A DNA stretch of 64,000 nucleotides from Eledone cirrhosa (taxonomy: Eukaryota), in assembly GCA_964016885.1 (NCBI GenBank), contig OZ024740.1, positions 38,006,001 to 38,070,000 of the forward strand, given 5' to 3'. A model generated the notes under the pieces. It was not told the DNA's origin. It saw nothing but the letters and a program-made list of their open reading frames with translations, and did not search any database. The position numbers and the translations under genes were made by a program. Positions 51,615-62,921 of this stretch are shown here, in pieces (positions within the stretch are counted from its first letter, which is position 1; every line of letters begins with the position of its first letter).

Positions 51615-52018
51615 GAGAGAGAGAGGTGAAGTTGGAAATAGCACGGAAAATAAATTTTAGGGTCTGTTTTTCTTTTTTCTCCTTTCTTTGATTCGTCAAA
51701 GTAACATTATTGAAAAAATGAGAGGGACAATTCTTTTAAAAAAAGAGTTTTATAAAGTATATAAAGTATTACCGTTTTCGATTTATTAGTAAAATTCATC
51801 TTATCAAATTAAAGTATTACAAATTAGAGTATTACAATTAAAAAGAATTAATAAGAATAAAAACTAAAAATTAAAGATTTAAAATTAAGAGGTAAGTTTT
51901 TTTTCATCTTCCTCATTTTTTAAATAATGTCACTTTGACGAATCAAAGAAAGGAAAAAAGAAGAAAAACAGACCCTAAAATATATTTCCCGTGCTATTTC
52001 CAACTTCACCTTTTCTCT
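51615..52018. repeat. Long inverted repeat (arms about 110 bp, AT-rich spacer about 180 bp)
   Basis: AGGTGAAGTTGGAAATAGCACGG...TTTGATTCGTCAAAGT vs ACTTTGACGAATCAAA...CCGTGCTATTTCCAACTTCACCT. Confidence 0.85.
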
Positions 52019-52049
52019 ATAACCAGTTTTGTGTAGAAACTTACTTCCC

Positions 52050-52090
<41 letters not shown>

Positions 52091-52153
52091 AAACCCATGC
52101 AAGCGTGGAAGATGGACGTTAAACGATGATGATGATGATAATATATATATATA

Positions 52154-53945
52154 TCATCATCATGATCGTTTAATGCCCATCTTCCACGCTAGCATGGGTG
52201 AGACGGTTTGGTTCCATTTGATGTGGGAATGGTCGGGAGACCATGTCTCGCTTGCACGGAAGTGTCTCTGGCAGGTTTTTTACAACTGGATGCCCTTTCT
52301 AACACCAACCACATTTACAGTGTGGACTGGGAGCCTTTTCACCATGTCTCCTACACGACCACCTTACAGTGTGGACTGTTGTGTCATCGACACAGTGGAC
52401 GGAACAGGAGAGGGAGAATGGGGTAGGGTGTGTAGGGTGGGGTGTACATTGGGTTAAGAAGTGCCTACTGACTGTAGGTTTGTATACAATGGTAGTCGGG
52501 TCTTCTGTACAACTGCATGGTGCCAAAGGTCTCTATCCAGTTTCATTGTCTTAGAGAGGTGTAGGTGGGCAAGGTCAGTTTTTATCACCTCGTCCCAGGT
52601 TTTTCTTGGTCTACCCGCCCCGCAGCTTCCATCAATTTTCATTGCCCTGCATTTTTTTATACAGCTGTCATCCTTCATATGCATCACATGTCCATACCAA
52701 CGCAATCTCCTCTCCAGAACACATTTGATACCTCTTATGCTTAGTCTCCCTCTCAGTTTGTTTATGTTTCGCCTTTTGCGCACATTACTATTACACATCC
52801 ATCGGAGCATGCAAGCTTCATTTCTTTCTAATCTACGCAGGTCTTCAGCACACAATGCCGAAGTCACGCTACCGAGTAATATCACCGTTCGTATACATGC
52901 ATCATACAATCTGCTTTCATTTTTAGAGAAAAAACCCTTGTGGCCAACAGCGGTATTAGCTCTCTGAACATTTCCCATCCTGTTCTAACTCTGCCTACTA
53001 CACTTTCAGAACACCCTCCTCCACTGCTGATTTTGTCACCCAGGTAACGGAAGGTGTCTAATATTTCTATAGAACCATCTGGGCAGTTGAAGGAGATATC
53101 ATCCAGTGGGTCCTTGCTACTTACTGCACCTGAGCATCGGCCACATATAAAATCTACATTCTTAGATAGCGTACCTGTGATCCCACTACATCTTTCCTGT
53201 ACCCATAGTTTGCATTTTGGACATAGAATGGAGTTTCTGCCTACTCCTTTCTTACATACTGAGCATGGCCATTTCCCAGAGGGTACCTGTGCCCTATTCT
53301 CCTTTCTACATACTAGAACCTTAGTCTTAGACAAGTTGATGCTAAGGCCTTTTGATTCAACGCCATGCTTCCATGTTTGGAACTTCCTCTCTAGTTCAGT
53401 TATGGATTCAGCTATGAGAGTTAGATCATCTGCATATAGAATTCCCATGGGCAGCCAGTCTTAAACCCCTCTGTTATAGCCTATAGGACAATAATAAACA
53501 GGAGGGGGCTAAGAACGGATCCCTGGTAAATCCCTACTATTACGCTAAATTCATCGTTAATTCTAACCTTGCTGACTTTTCCTCTATACACGGCTTGCAT
53601 AGCTCTCACAAGCCATTCTTCCACTCCTAATTTTCTAAGAGCCCACCAGATCAAGGTGCGTGGGACTGTCAAAGGCCTTCTCCAGGTCAACAAAAGCTAA
53701 GTAGAAGGGTTTACTGTTAGCTAGGTACTTCTCCTGTAATTGCCGTACAAAGAAAAGCGCATCCGTGGTCCTTTTACCTGGCACAAACCCAAACTGCATT
53801 TCATCTAGATCAATTTGGGCTCTAATCAGTTGAGTAATAACTCTTTCTATGACTTTCATGATTTGGTCAACTAATTTAATACCCCTATAGTTTCTTCTAT
53901 CCAGGGCATCTCCTTTGCCCTTGTAACAGTTGATGATGCTGCTGC
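52154..53945 (-). mobile_element. 5'-truncated, frameshifted RTE LINE (RT, PHD-like finger and 3'UTR)
   Basis: QFGFVPG, FVDLEKAFD, QGSVLSPLLF, LYADDL, WPCSVC..C..C...C..C, FRYLG, RWYGHV; (GAT)n tail at 52154. Confidence 0.93.
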
Positions 53946-53967
53946 TACGCCATATATATATATATAT

Positions 53968-54837
53968 CTGGATGGAAAAAGTTCAGAGAGCTTATACCAC
54001 TATTAGCTGCTAAAGGGTTCTCTCTAAAAATGAAAGGCAGGCTGTATGATGCCTGCATACGAACAGCAATGTTACATGGCAGTGAGACCTGGGCATTGTG
54101 TGCAGAGGATATACGCAGACTGGAGAGGAACGAAGCTTGCATGCTCCGCTGGATGTGTAATAGTAATATACGTGAACGGCAAAGCATAAACGAACTAAGG
54201 GAAAAATTAGAAATAAGAGGGATCAGATGTTGTTTACTTGAGAGAAGACTACGTTGGTATGGTCACGTGATGCGCATGAAAGACGACAGCTGTATAAAAA
54301 AGTGCAGAGCAATAAAAATAGACGGTAGCCACGGAGTAGGCAGACCCAGAAAAACCTGGGACGACTTGATAAATTCCGACCTCACAGACTTACACCGCTC
54401 CAAGACAATGTCACTGGACCGAGATCTTTGGCGCTACACAGTAATACAGAAGACCCACCTTACCTAAGTACAAAGTGAAACCTACTACAGTCAGTAGGCA
54501 TCTCTAACAAAAATACACCCCCGTCCCACTACCCCCACCCCATCCACACCACCCCTTTCGATGTAAAGTTATGTTGGTACCACAACATCCAGTCCGAAAC
54601 AAATGAGGTTGTGTAGGTGTCACGACAAAAAAAACACACAGTCCACGCTGTAATGTGGCCGTGTAGGTAACACGGTAAAAACCTCCCAGTCCACACTGTA
54701 AATGTGGTTGGTGTTAGGAAGGGCATCCAGACGTAGAAAACCCGCGAGCAAGACAACCACTCTTGCCTCAAGTGGGAAAACTCCGTCCAAACCCATGCAA
54801 GCGTGGAAGATGGACGTTAAACGATGATGATGATGAT
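53968..54837 (+). mobile_element. 5'-truncated RTE LINE (same subfamily as the satellite copies)
   Basis: GWKKFRELIPLL...GRPRKTWDDLINSDL, 3'UTR and (GAT)n tail. Confidence 0.93.
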
Positions 54838-54929
54838 ATATATATACATTATATGATATACATTGTGTCTGTACACAATAGCTGTGTATGACAGTTCATA
54901 TTTACTATTATAAACTGAAAGAGGCTTAC

Positions 54930-56849
54930 CTTTCCTCCTTTGGTGTTGTGTACAAAGATGAAATAGATTCGAGGTTGCGACAAAGCTGAGAGACAACATT
55001 CATAACCACCATAGCCATGGCTTTTCCCATATGTGGTAGGGCAGCTGTTACCATGGAAATCCAGTGACGATGCATATGGGCTCTATGTGATTGTTTGAGA
55101 GCACTAAGAACTGCAGACAAAAACATGCCTTGTTGAACAATAGGTCGGCCTGAGTTATAGCGCACACGGGAAAGAGAAGGATTAAAATTGACTTTTGTGC
55201 GATCCCAGTCAACGGATGAAGATGTGTTATCAGCATTTGTTGAATCTCCACCTGCTGAATTAGGACTTCCTTTAATTAAATGAATATGACCTTCCAGCAT
55301 AATCATTACAAGCAACAAATTTAATAATTTTATCTGGAAAGTTTCATTAGCACTTTGTTCCAAACTGTCCTCGTTAAATGATATAATAGTTTCAGTGAAA
55401 CTAACTCGATGCATCACATTGTCCGATATCTGGCGGGAATTATACACACTTGCAAGGACTGAATGGAGAATGGCTTTCTGTAGTTTACATTTTGTTAAAA
55501 GATCACTGATATAAGAAACAAAACTTTTACCACTTTCTTTCATTATATGGATTAATTCTGATACTAAATGGGTCAGAATTTCTGCACTGAGGATGTGAAC
55601 TTCTTTGTTACCATGGAGTTCTTCAAGTGATAATTTACTCATCATTAAATTTGGATAGTATGATCGAATGAAGTAGAGACAAAGAGAAATTACAATTTCT
55701 AAGTACATATTTGTTCGATAGTTTGATATGACATCTGATGGTAATTCTCCAAAGAAGTTATTTCCAAAAACTGACTTTCGGTGTCTTGCTAAAAGCATCT
55801 GTAATTTTGGTAACTGTTGTAATCTGTTGTTATTGATGCTGGTGGTTGCCATGGCCGTAACCATGAGGCGAGGACAAGTTACCAGCATAGATTTGAGAGT
55901 TGAGAGTGCGTAGAGAGTTTGTTGGCAATCATATTTCTGTACATAAAGAAGTATATGCATGTGTAATGTATGTATACCTGTAGCTTCTTCTTCATTGTCC
56001 TCCATATTATTACTCACATTATTTGATGATCTACCAAATGGTCTAGAAAGATCTGATTCACTGCCAGTCGGGGAATCAATCTCTAGACCTCTCTTATCAA
56101 TAGCATTCAGGAGATCTTCGTCATCAAGGACGCTACTGTCTTTAGACATGGAACCAGATTTACCATCTGGTATGGAAAAATCATCAGGAATATCAACTTG
56201 TTTGCTTAAAAGCAGTGGTTCCCTTGTAACTTTGTTAACAAGATCATCCAGAATCCCAGAGACTATATTTTCACTAGTCTCACTGGTAGATTCATCAACA
56301 GTGACCATATTATTATTATTGGTGGGATCATCAGTGACAGTACAAGCTACATCTGCCTTAGTTCCACTAGGCTGCTCCTCAACTGGCTCACTATTATCCA
56401 GTTGGTCCTTCTCATCAAAATATATGCCTTCCTTTAAACAGGTTTCCTTCGTTAATCGGCGGATGCTTCTCAAATCAAAATTCTGAGCCGGTGGTGGAAG
56501 TTCAAATCCATCAAATATAAGACGATCAAGAGAATTTTCTGATCCACCAAATGGGTTGATTCGGAGTTTGAGATTCTCTGGGTTCACCCTTTCAAAAGGC
56601 ATATCAATTTGTGCTTTAGTTGAAGCAGTCAAGACACCCGATCCTTTTTCATTCATTACAGTCAGAGCAAAAGATTTTAGTTCTTCAACATTCTTTTTTG
56701 AGATATTTCTGGTTTTGGAACTAACATGATAGATAACATTTCCTCCTTCACTACTAATGGCAAAGATTTTGGCATCTGATTTATCCTCATCCACATCTGA
56801 CAGTTTCACTTTCTGAGGCTGATGAATACTGACATGTTGTATGGAGATT
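54930..56849 (-). CDS. DOP1A: Dopey/DOP1 large internal exon (1920 bp)
   Basis: Lies within ORF 54926-56929. Dopey-like motifs HMHILLYVQKYD, LLARHRKSVFG, SLCLYFIRSYYP and MHRHWISMVTAALPHMG. Acceptor ttccag at 56850-51, donor gtaagc; phase 2-2. Confidence 0.93.
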
Positions 56850-57329
56850 CTGGAAAGAACAGTAAAAATACACATAACTTTAGATGATACTAAAGATGAA
56901 GTGGTATAAAAAATACAGAAAAATAACAACTTTATATGATACTAAAGATAAAGTGGTATAATCTGAGTGTTGTCATTTCTTGGCTTTTAAATCTTACATT
57001 TTTAATAGGTGTGTGTGTTGATATGTGTTTGTGTATGTTGATATGTGTGTATATGTTAATGTGTGTGTTTAAAAAGCAGTCTTTGACATTTAAACTAAAA
57101 CTAATCTACCCCTAATTCCAGTACAGATATATTCCATAAATTAATACAAAAGAAATATTGTAAATAATCTGTAATGGTTTCATTTTATTTTAGTTCTTTT
57201 GCATTCATTCTTTATAGAAACATAAGTTAGAGGATATTTATAAATCAAGATATTTTGGATGCTGTAGGAACCAAACATTTTTTCTATGTTGACATATTTC
57301 TGGTTTCTTGGCTTCTGGTGAAAGAATCA

Positions 57330-57540
57330 CAAGCCAGACTTTATAAGCAAAGCCAACTAGCAGGGAATCCCAGAGGAAGACCATGAGCAAGATAGTTGGA
57401 TAACATCCATGAACTCAGTTGATCTCAATCGTAGATTCAGCTGGATCAATTGGAGAAGATTGCTTCTGACAGGACCCTGTGAGAACCATGCCTGAGGACT
57501 GTCCCCACAACTCTCTCAGGAATAAGGAGGAGGAGAAGGT
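57330..57540 (+). mobile_element. Decayed 3' end of another RTE-like LINE
   Basis: Remnant translation ...GNPRGRP*AR*LDNI...LEKIASDRTL. Confidence 0.5.
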
Positions 57541-57997
57541 GGTGACAAGAATGATCACTAAAGTAAAAATAGAACCTGTTTTCAGCTAACAACCTGAAGT
57601 ATGATTTGACCTTACAATAATGTGGGGTAAGATTGTAAGTGTTTATCCTCCCAGCCTTTATAATTTAACTAACTTATCTCCCTTATCCTTCTAGAGGATA
57701 AACACACTCAGTACACACTGTAAAGTGGTTGGTGATAGGAAGGGAATCCAGTCATAGAAAACTTGTCAAAGGGTTGGGAGGACCTTCAGTTGTATCAAAG
57801 ATATGACAACCTCTCTTATTCCAGTGCACTCAATAGCCCCACTTCAGTGTTGACCCGGTTTGTGAAAACCCATCCAACATTTGCTAGCAAGGAAAAGCAG
57901 ATGTAAAATGATTATGATGATGGTTGGCAGTTTGAGAATTTGGAGAAAAACCCTAGAAACATAAGAATGCAGTAAATATTTATAGAAAACATAAAAC

Positions 57998-58150
57998 CTG
58001 GCAGTATCCGGGTGCAGGAGAATAAGAAGAGTCGGTTCCAAGATTCTATAAATGCCTCCACGTTGTATAGTGTGCATCAACCAAGTACTTGCTAGTGTTT
58101 TTGCAGAACTTGTATCTTCTCGAAGACTGTCTAAAACTGCAAACATTGAT
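57998..58150 (-). CDS. DOP1A: Dopey/DOP1 internal exon
   Basis: SMFAVLDSLREDTSSAKTLASTWLMHTIQRGGIYRILEPTLLILLHPDTA(R), Dopey-like LEP..L.LLHP motif. Acceptor ttgcag, donor gtttta; phase 2-2. Confidence 0.9.
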
Positions 58151-58259
58151 CTGCAAATACACAAATACACTTAGTTAGTTGCTATAATGAATAAGGGAGA
58201 TGTGAGAATAGTAAGGGTTTTATATGCATTTACATAAAAAATCTAAAATGGTTATTTAC

Positions 58260-58363
58260 CGATCAAATGTTCTGAGAGGCATTCCAGGGGCACGACTAGT
58301 TTTCTTATCACGGATTAAATGCCAGAGAACAGTGAATTTGCGGAAAGCTTCAATACGTGTATT
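58260..58363 (-). CDS. DOP1A: Dopey/DOP1 family protein, internal exon (first in window)
   Basis: Manual translation NTRIEAFRKFTVLWHLIRDKKTSRAPGMPLRTFD(R) resembles the Dopey-1 segment KFAVLWHLTRD...RSFDR. Acceptor tttcag, donor gtaaat; ends in phase 2. Confidence 0.9.
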
Positions 58364-58432
58364 CTGAAAAAATAAAATAATACTAAAAAATATCAAATTC
58401 ATCACTATCATCACTATCATCACTATCATCAT

Positions 58433-58644
58433 TTAACCCTTTAGCATTTAAACTGGCTATATCCAACCAGAATTCTCTCACCTCTTTCTGCTCACACCGG
58501 ACGTAACCTGCCACTCATATTAGGTATTGTTCTCAAAATAAATAACATAAAAATCTCATAGCTTCGATATTATGTGAGATAATTATGTGAGGTAAAGCCT
58601 TTACCATGAAAATATATAGAGTAATGTAAATACTAAAGGGTTAA
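58433..58644 (-). mobile_element. piggyBac-type MITE (opposite orientation)
   Basis: TTAA-flanked TIRs; internal sequence is the reverse complement of the other copies. Confidence 0.9.
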
Positions 58645-59348
58645 TGTCAACTTTCCCTGCTAGCAATAATAGCTAGGGGTGGAAGGGTCTTCACAGACAA
58701 AGCCAGACAGGTCAAGGGTTCACACCTCATTTACATACAATTCCACATTTTACTGAGTGCATTTTGTTGTGGCACCAGAACTAGAGAGGTTGTCATGTCT
58801 TTGACACAACTGAAGGGTCCTCTCAACTTTTTGTTTGGCAAGCTTTCTATGGCTCGATGTCCTTCCTATCACCAAATTATCTATACATAAATTTGAGCAA
58901 CTTCCATCCATATGTCACACAATGTGTGTGTGTGTGTGAATGTATGGGTGTAAAAGGAAAGGGGATGGTGAAAAAACTATAGCAAAACAGCGGCTGTCGT
59001 TCCATTTGCTACGCTGTGTGTGAGCGTATGTGTATCTGTGTGCTTGTGTGAATATGTGTCTGTGTTTGCGTGTTTATATTTATATACTCATACATATAAA
59101 TGTATGCATATGCGCACACACACACATCAGCGTGTTGAAAAATACCCTAGTCTATAAAAAGGAAAATCAATATTTTTATTGGGTAGCGTAGGTCAAACTA
59201 GAAAGTATATTTACTGGAAAAGAGAAATTTATGAGATATTTTCATGTGTGTAATTTACTACTACTACTACCACTATTACTACTATGACTACTACTACCAC
59301 CACCACCACCACTACTTCTATTGCTGCTGCTACTACTACTAATCGTGA

Positions 59349-59538
59349 TTTCTAGTATAGGCACAAGGCCAGTAATTTAGGGGGGAGGGGAAATAGATAA
59401 AATAGATTTCATCAACCCTGCAAGGATAGAAGGCAAAATTAACCTTAGTGGGATTTGAATTCAGAACGTAAAGGGCCGTAACTACATGCTGCAAAGCATG
59501 TTATCCGATGCTCTACCAATACTGCCAATCCACTGCCC
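59349..59538 (-). mobile_element. Diverged ATT-family SINE
   Basis: GGCACAAGGCC ... GGGATTTGAATTCAGAACGTAAAGGG ... TACTGCCAATCCAC, reverse complement of the 2086 family. Confidence 0.8.
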
Positions 59539-60064
59539 TACTACTAATAATAATAATAGGCACTGAGCTGGCCAGTCGCAGGTGTGAGCCTCGCGAGTTG
59601 GAATGGCTCTTCCAGCTTGTCTCCCTTGCCGTCTTCCAGGGAAACACCTTCTCCATCCTGTCCACCGGGGCTGTGGGGAGGCCATCAATATGATTGACTG
59701 ACTTGTCATTTTATCATGTACTTTTTATATATCTATATCTGTCCAACATAATAATAGATACAAATTCAAAACCTTTTCTTTAAAGGGTACAGTCCAGAGT
59801 AAATAGTAAAGTTGACAATCATGAGATTTAATGATCATGATGTGATTAAAACTTGTAAAGTGATTTCACTGATACAGAACAAATATATCTTATTTTTGTC
59901 TTTTTCATCCCTCATGGAACCAACACTATGGAGGTTGTATGTCATCAACTCAACTGAAGAACCCTCTCTACTCCATGGTGGTAGGATTACAGAGGGGCGT
60001 AGAAAGTGAATAATAAGTATGATGTCATGGATAAGTGACAATAGGTGGTGAAGGTGTGACAAAA

Positions 60065-60345
60065 GTACGAGTGTGTTTTGTCATGGCACCAAGCACTACC
60101 ACTTTAGAGGGCACTGGGTGTATTTTATCATGGTACCAGCACTACCACTTTAGAGGGCGTACTGAGTGTGTTTTATCATGACACCAACACTTTACAGAGT
60201 GCTCTGGGTGTATTTTATCATGGTACTAACACTATCACTTTACAGAGTGTACTGGATGTATTTTATCATGACACCAACACTGACACTTTACAGAGTGTAC
60301 TGGGTGTGTTTTATGATGGTATCAACACTACCACTTTATAGAATA
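60065..60345. repeat. Degenerate tandem repeat (about 42 bp) related to the RTE 3'UTR module in reverse orientation
   Basis: CACTTTACAGAGTGTACTGGGTGTATTTTATCATG units resemble the reverse complement of CACGACAAAAAGCACCCAG..CACTGTAAAGTG. Confidence 0.65.
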
Positions 60346-61694
60346 TGTTCTGAGTTCAAATCCCACTGAGGTTAACTTTCACACTTCTACATCGCAAAGT
60401 TGATAAAATACTGGCCAAACAAATGACTCCGACTGATATAATCAACTAAAAACCTTGAATTTCAATTACTAAAATAATGGTTTCTGATTAAGGCACAAGG
60501 CCAACCATTTTGGGACGGGGTGGGGCGCTGATTAAATCAACCGCAGTACATTAGAGAAAGTAAACCTCAGTACAATAGAGAAAGTAAACCTGTCCACATT
60601 GCTATAAATGACATGTGATGATGACAATACTGTTATAGTATATGTAGTATATATAATTATATATATATTATGACAGTGCTTTATATATGCCATTTTTATT
60701 GCTGTGGTGATTTAGCAGAAAATATCTTAATTGAAATGCTAATAGTATCTTATTAATGAATAAATTGTTATAAAAATTTAACATTAGACTAAAGACTTGA
60801 ATTTTTAATGTGATTACAGACATAGTGCTATTTTGTACTTTTCAAGAATATCTTGCTAATGTGGTTTGATCCAGTACAGGATATTTAGAATTAAGATGTA
60901 CAATAGAAAATGGCGACAAGGAAGGTCGCTTGACCACGTCTTGACCAAACAAAATATAATATTTTCACCAAAAACTGCCCTTTAAACACATGTCAGATGG
61001 ATTACAATATTCATTATCACAATTACTCTGACTGTTCCCTGACAACTAGTACCAGTTTCAAGATAGAATTATCTTAACGAAGTATATATAATTTGACTTG
61101 ATTTTCGCCAACAAACCACGTGTGGACATGGACGGGGTAAAAGGAAAAAAACAAAACAAATCACCACATCCCTTAAGGATCGCAGTAAGTACTCCACAGA
61201 ACATATAAACAACAATATACACACAGATTTATATACAGATATATACCATATGCATATACACACACGTGAAAAGAAACCACACTATTTCGTGTGAGACACT
61301 ATACCGGCCAATTTTACCAATTTACATTGGTAAAATATTTCTTAACATTGACTTCGCTTCTAACCCACATACACCTTTTAATTATATATATATACTAGCA
61401 GCTGAAAGTTAATAATTTGAAAAAAATATTATTGAAAGTTTATTATAAAGAAGCAGTATCAGGAAAAAAAAAAACAAAAAAACGTTATTTCGCTGTTAAT
61501 AAACAACTGCCTTCTACAGTACGTTTCATTTAACTTACGCAGCATATTTATTTGTTTACATGCACAGACTCTTCTACACACACACACAACATTTAGGAAA
61601 ACGGAAACAAAATACACAAAAAAACAGACATTTTATTTCTATCGTAATCAAGTGCGCTAAACCTATATTGTTTACATTCTGTGTTTTTCTACGG

Positions 61695-62921
61695 ATGGGT
61701 AGAAATAACAAAATTGCCATGGTGATATCCATCGATGAAATATGCGACAAAACTGGCCGATGTTCCAAAATAGAACATTGCCCGGAAGATCACACCTGCC
61801 ATATCTGTACGGAACCCGAAAACTCGTTCCGTAATCATTGGGTCGAATGTGGAACCTGTCGCATCTCTGTCTGCCTTCAATGCGCCACAGGCTTCCGGAA
61901 GATCCCAGGCCAAAATAAGAAACATCATATTGCTACGATGGATAGACTCTGGGAGATGGTCCAGCTAACAAACTGGTCCTTTCAGTGCCTGGACTGTATG
62001 CCTGCTTCTCCCATTGCTGCGGCACAACAACAAAGACCGAAGATCGTGTCTTCTACCATTGTTCCCGAACAACAACAACAAAAACCGAGGATGGTGTCTT
62101 CCTCTACCATTGTTCCTGAACAACAGCAAAAACCAACGATCGTAGCTTCTGCTACTACCCCCGTTGAAGGACTTCATCAACAACAGCAACCCATGTCTTC
62201 CTCACCCGTTACTTTTCAACAACAACAACCGACGACTGTGTCTTCTACCATGCCTGTTGAAGGAGAAGAACAACAACAAAAACCGACCGTCAATACGGAG
62301 TTTGAGGAAATACGGCAAATGATTTCCGCTTTAAGTCAAGAAATAGCGGAAATAAAATCAAGCGTTCGTGTAGAACCCCACAATGAGGGATCTTACCGGA
62401 GTGCCTTGTTAAAAAATCTCCGCGTACCTCATGTTGAACCTAGACGCATTGAGAATGCCACTGAATCTGTAAACCACGAAGTGATTGCCATTGGTGTGCC
62501 GGAAGACATAGTTGATCTTCAGGCATTTGCTGCCAGTTCATCCAAAGACCTGGGCTGTGCTCCTGCAAAGGGTGCTCTACGCTTTGGCCGACCAGGCCCA
62601 AAACCCAGGTTAATTAGACTGTCGTTTACAAACTCAACTGAGGCATGTTCATACCTTGTAGCCTCTGATAAAACTAAGCGTGAAAGTCGGATTGCTTTCC
62701 GAACACGTCCTGGTCTTCCACCTGATGTCCGCCCAAAGTTGCGTGCTGCAGCTTCCCTAAACCGCAGCTCGGCAGAACATGAAAGCTTCAGCCTACGAGA
62801 TGATGGGCAGATATGGAAGTTTGTTAAGGCTGGCGAATCATGGAAAAGAGACACCAGCTGGTCTGAAAACACTGCACCCACAACTGACAATAAAGAAACT
62901 GAAAAAACTCTGGGAAACTAA
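61695..62921 (+). CDS. CR1-group LINE ORF1 (PHD-like finger, Gln-rich repeats, coiled coil, RRM-like region)
   Basis: Open frame within ORF 61560-62921. CHIC...WVECGTC...CLQC...WSFQCLDC, QQQQP repeats, FEEIRQMISALSQEIAEIK, VIAIGVPE...RFGR..PRLIRLSF. The ATG at 61695 is inferred. Confidence 0.8.
   Translation: MGRNNKIAMVISIDEICDKTGRCSKIEHCPEDHTCHICTEPENSFRNHWVECGTCRISVCLQCATGFRKIPGQNKKHHIATMDRLWEMVQLTNWSFQCLDCMPASPIAAAQQQRPKIVSSTIVPEQQQQKPRMVSSSTIVPEQQQKPTIVASATTPVEGLHQQQQPMSSSPVTFQQQQPTTVSSTMPVEGEEQQQKPTVNTEFEEIRQMISALSQEIAEIKSSVRVEPHNEGSYRSALLKNLRVPHVEPRRIENATESVNHEVIAIGVPEDIVDLQAFAASSSKDLGCAPAKGALRFGRPGPKPRLIRLSFTNSTEACSYLVASDKTKRESRIAFRTRPGLPPDVRPKLRAAASLNRSSAEHESFSLRDDGQIWKFVKAGESWKRDTSWSENTAPTTDNKETEKTLGN

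Noticed and set aside
56850-56929. N-terminal extension of the 667-aa ORF as a stand-alone gene start
   Set aside because: It is intronic read-through. A canonical acceptor at 56850-51 joins in phase to the upstream dopey exon.
60905-60920. AAAATGGCG YY1-like motif as the 5' end or internal promoter of the CR1-group LINE
   Set aside because: A single short motif. The element's 5' boundary and TSD cannot be defined without its 3' end or other copies.
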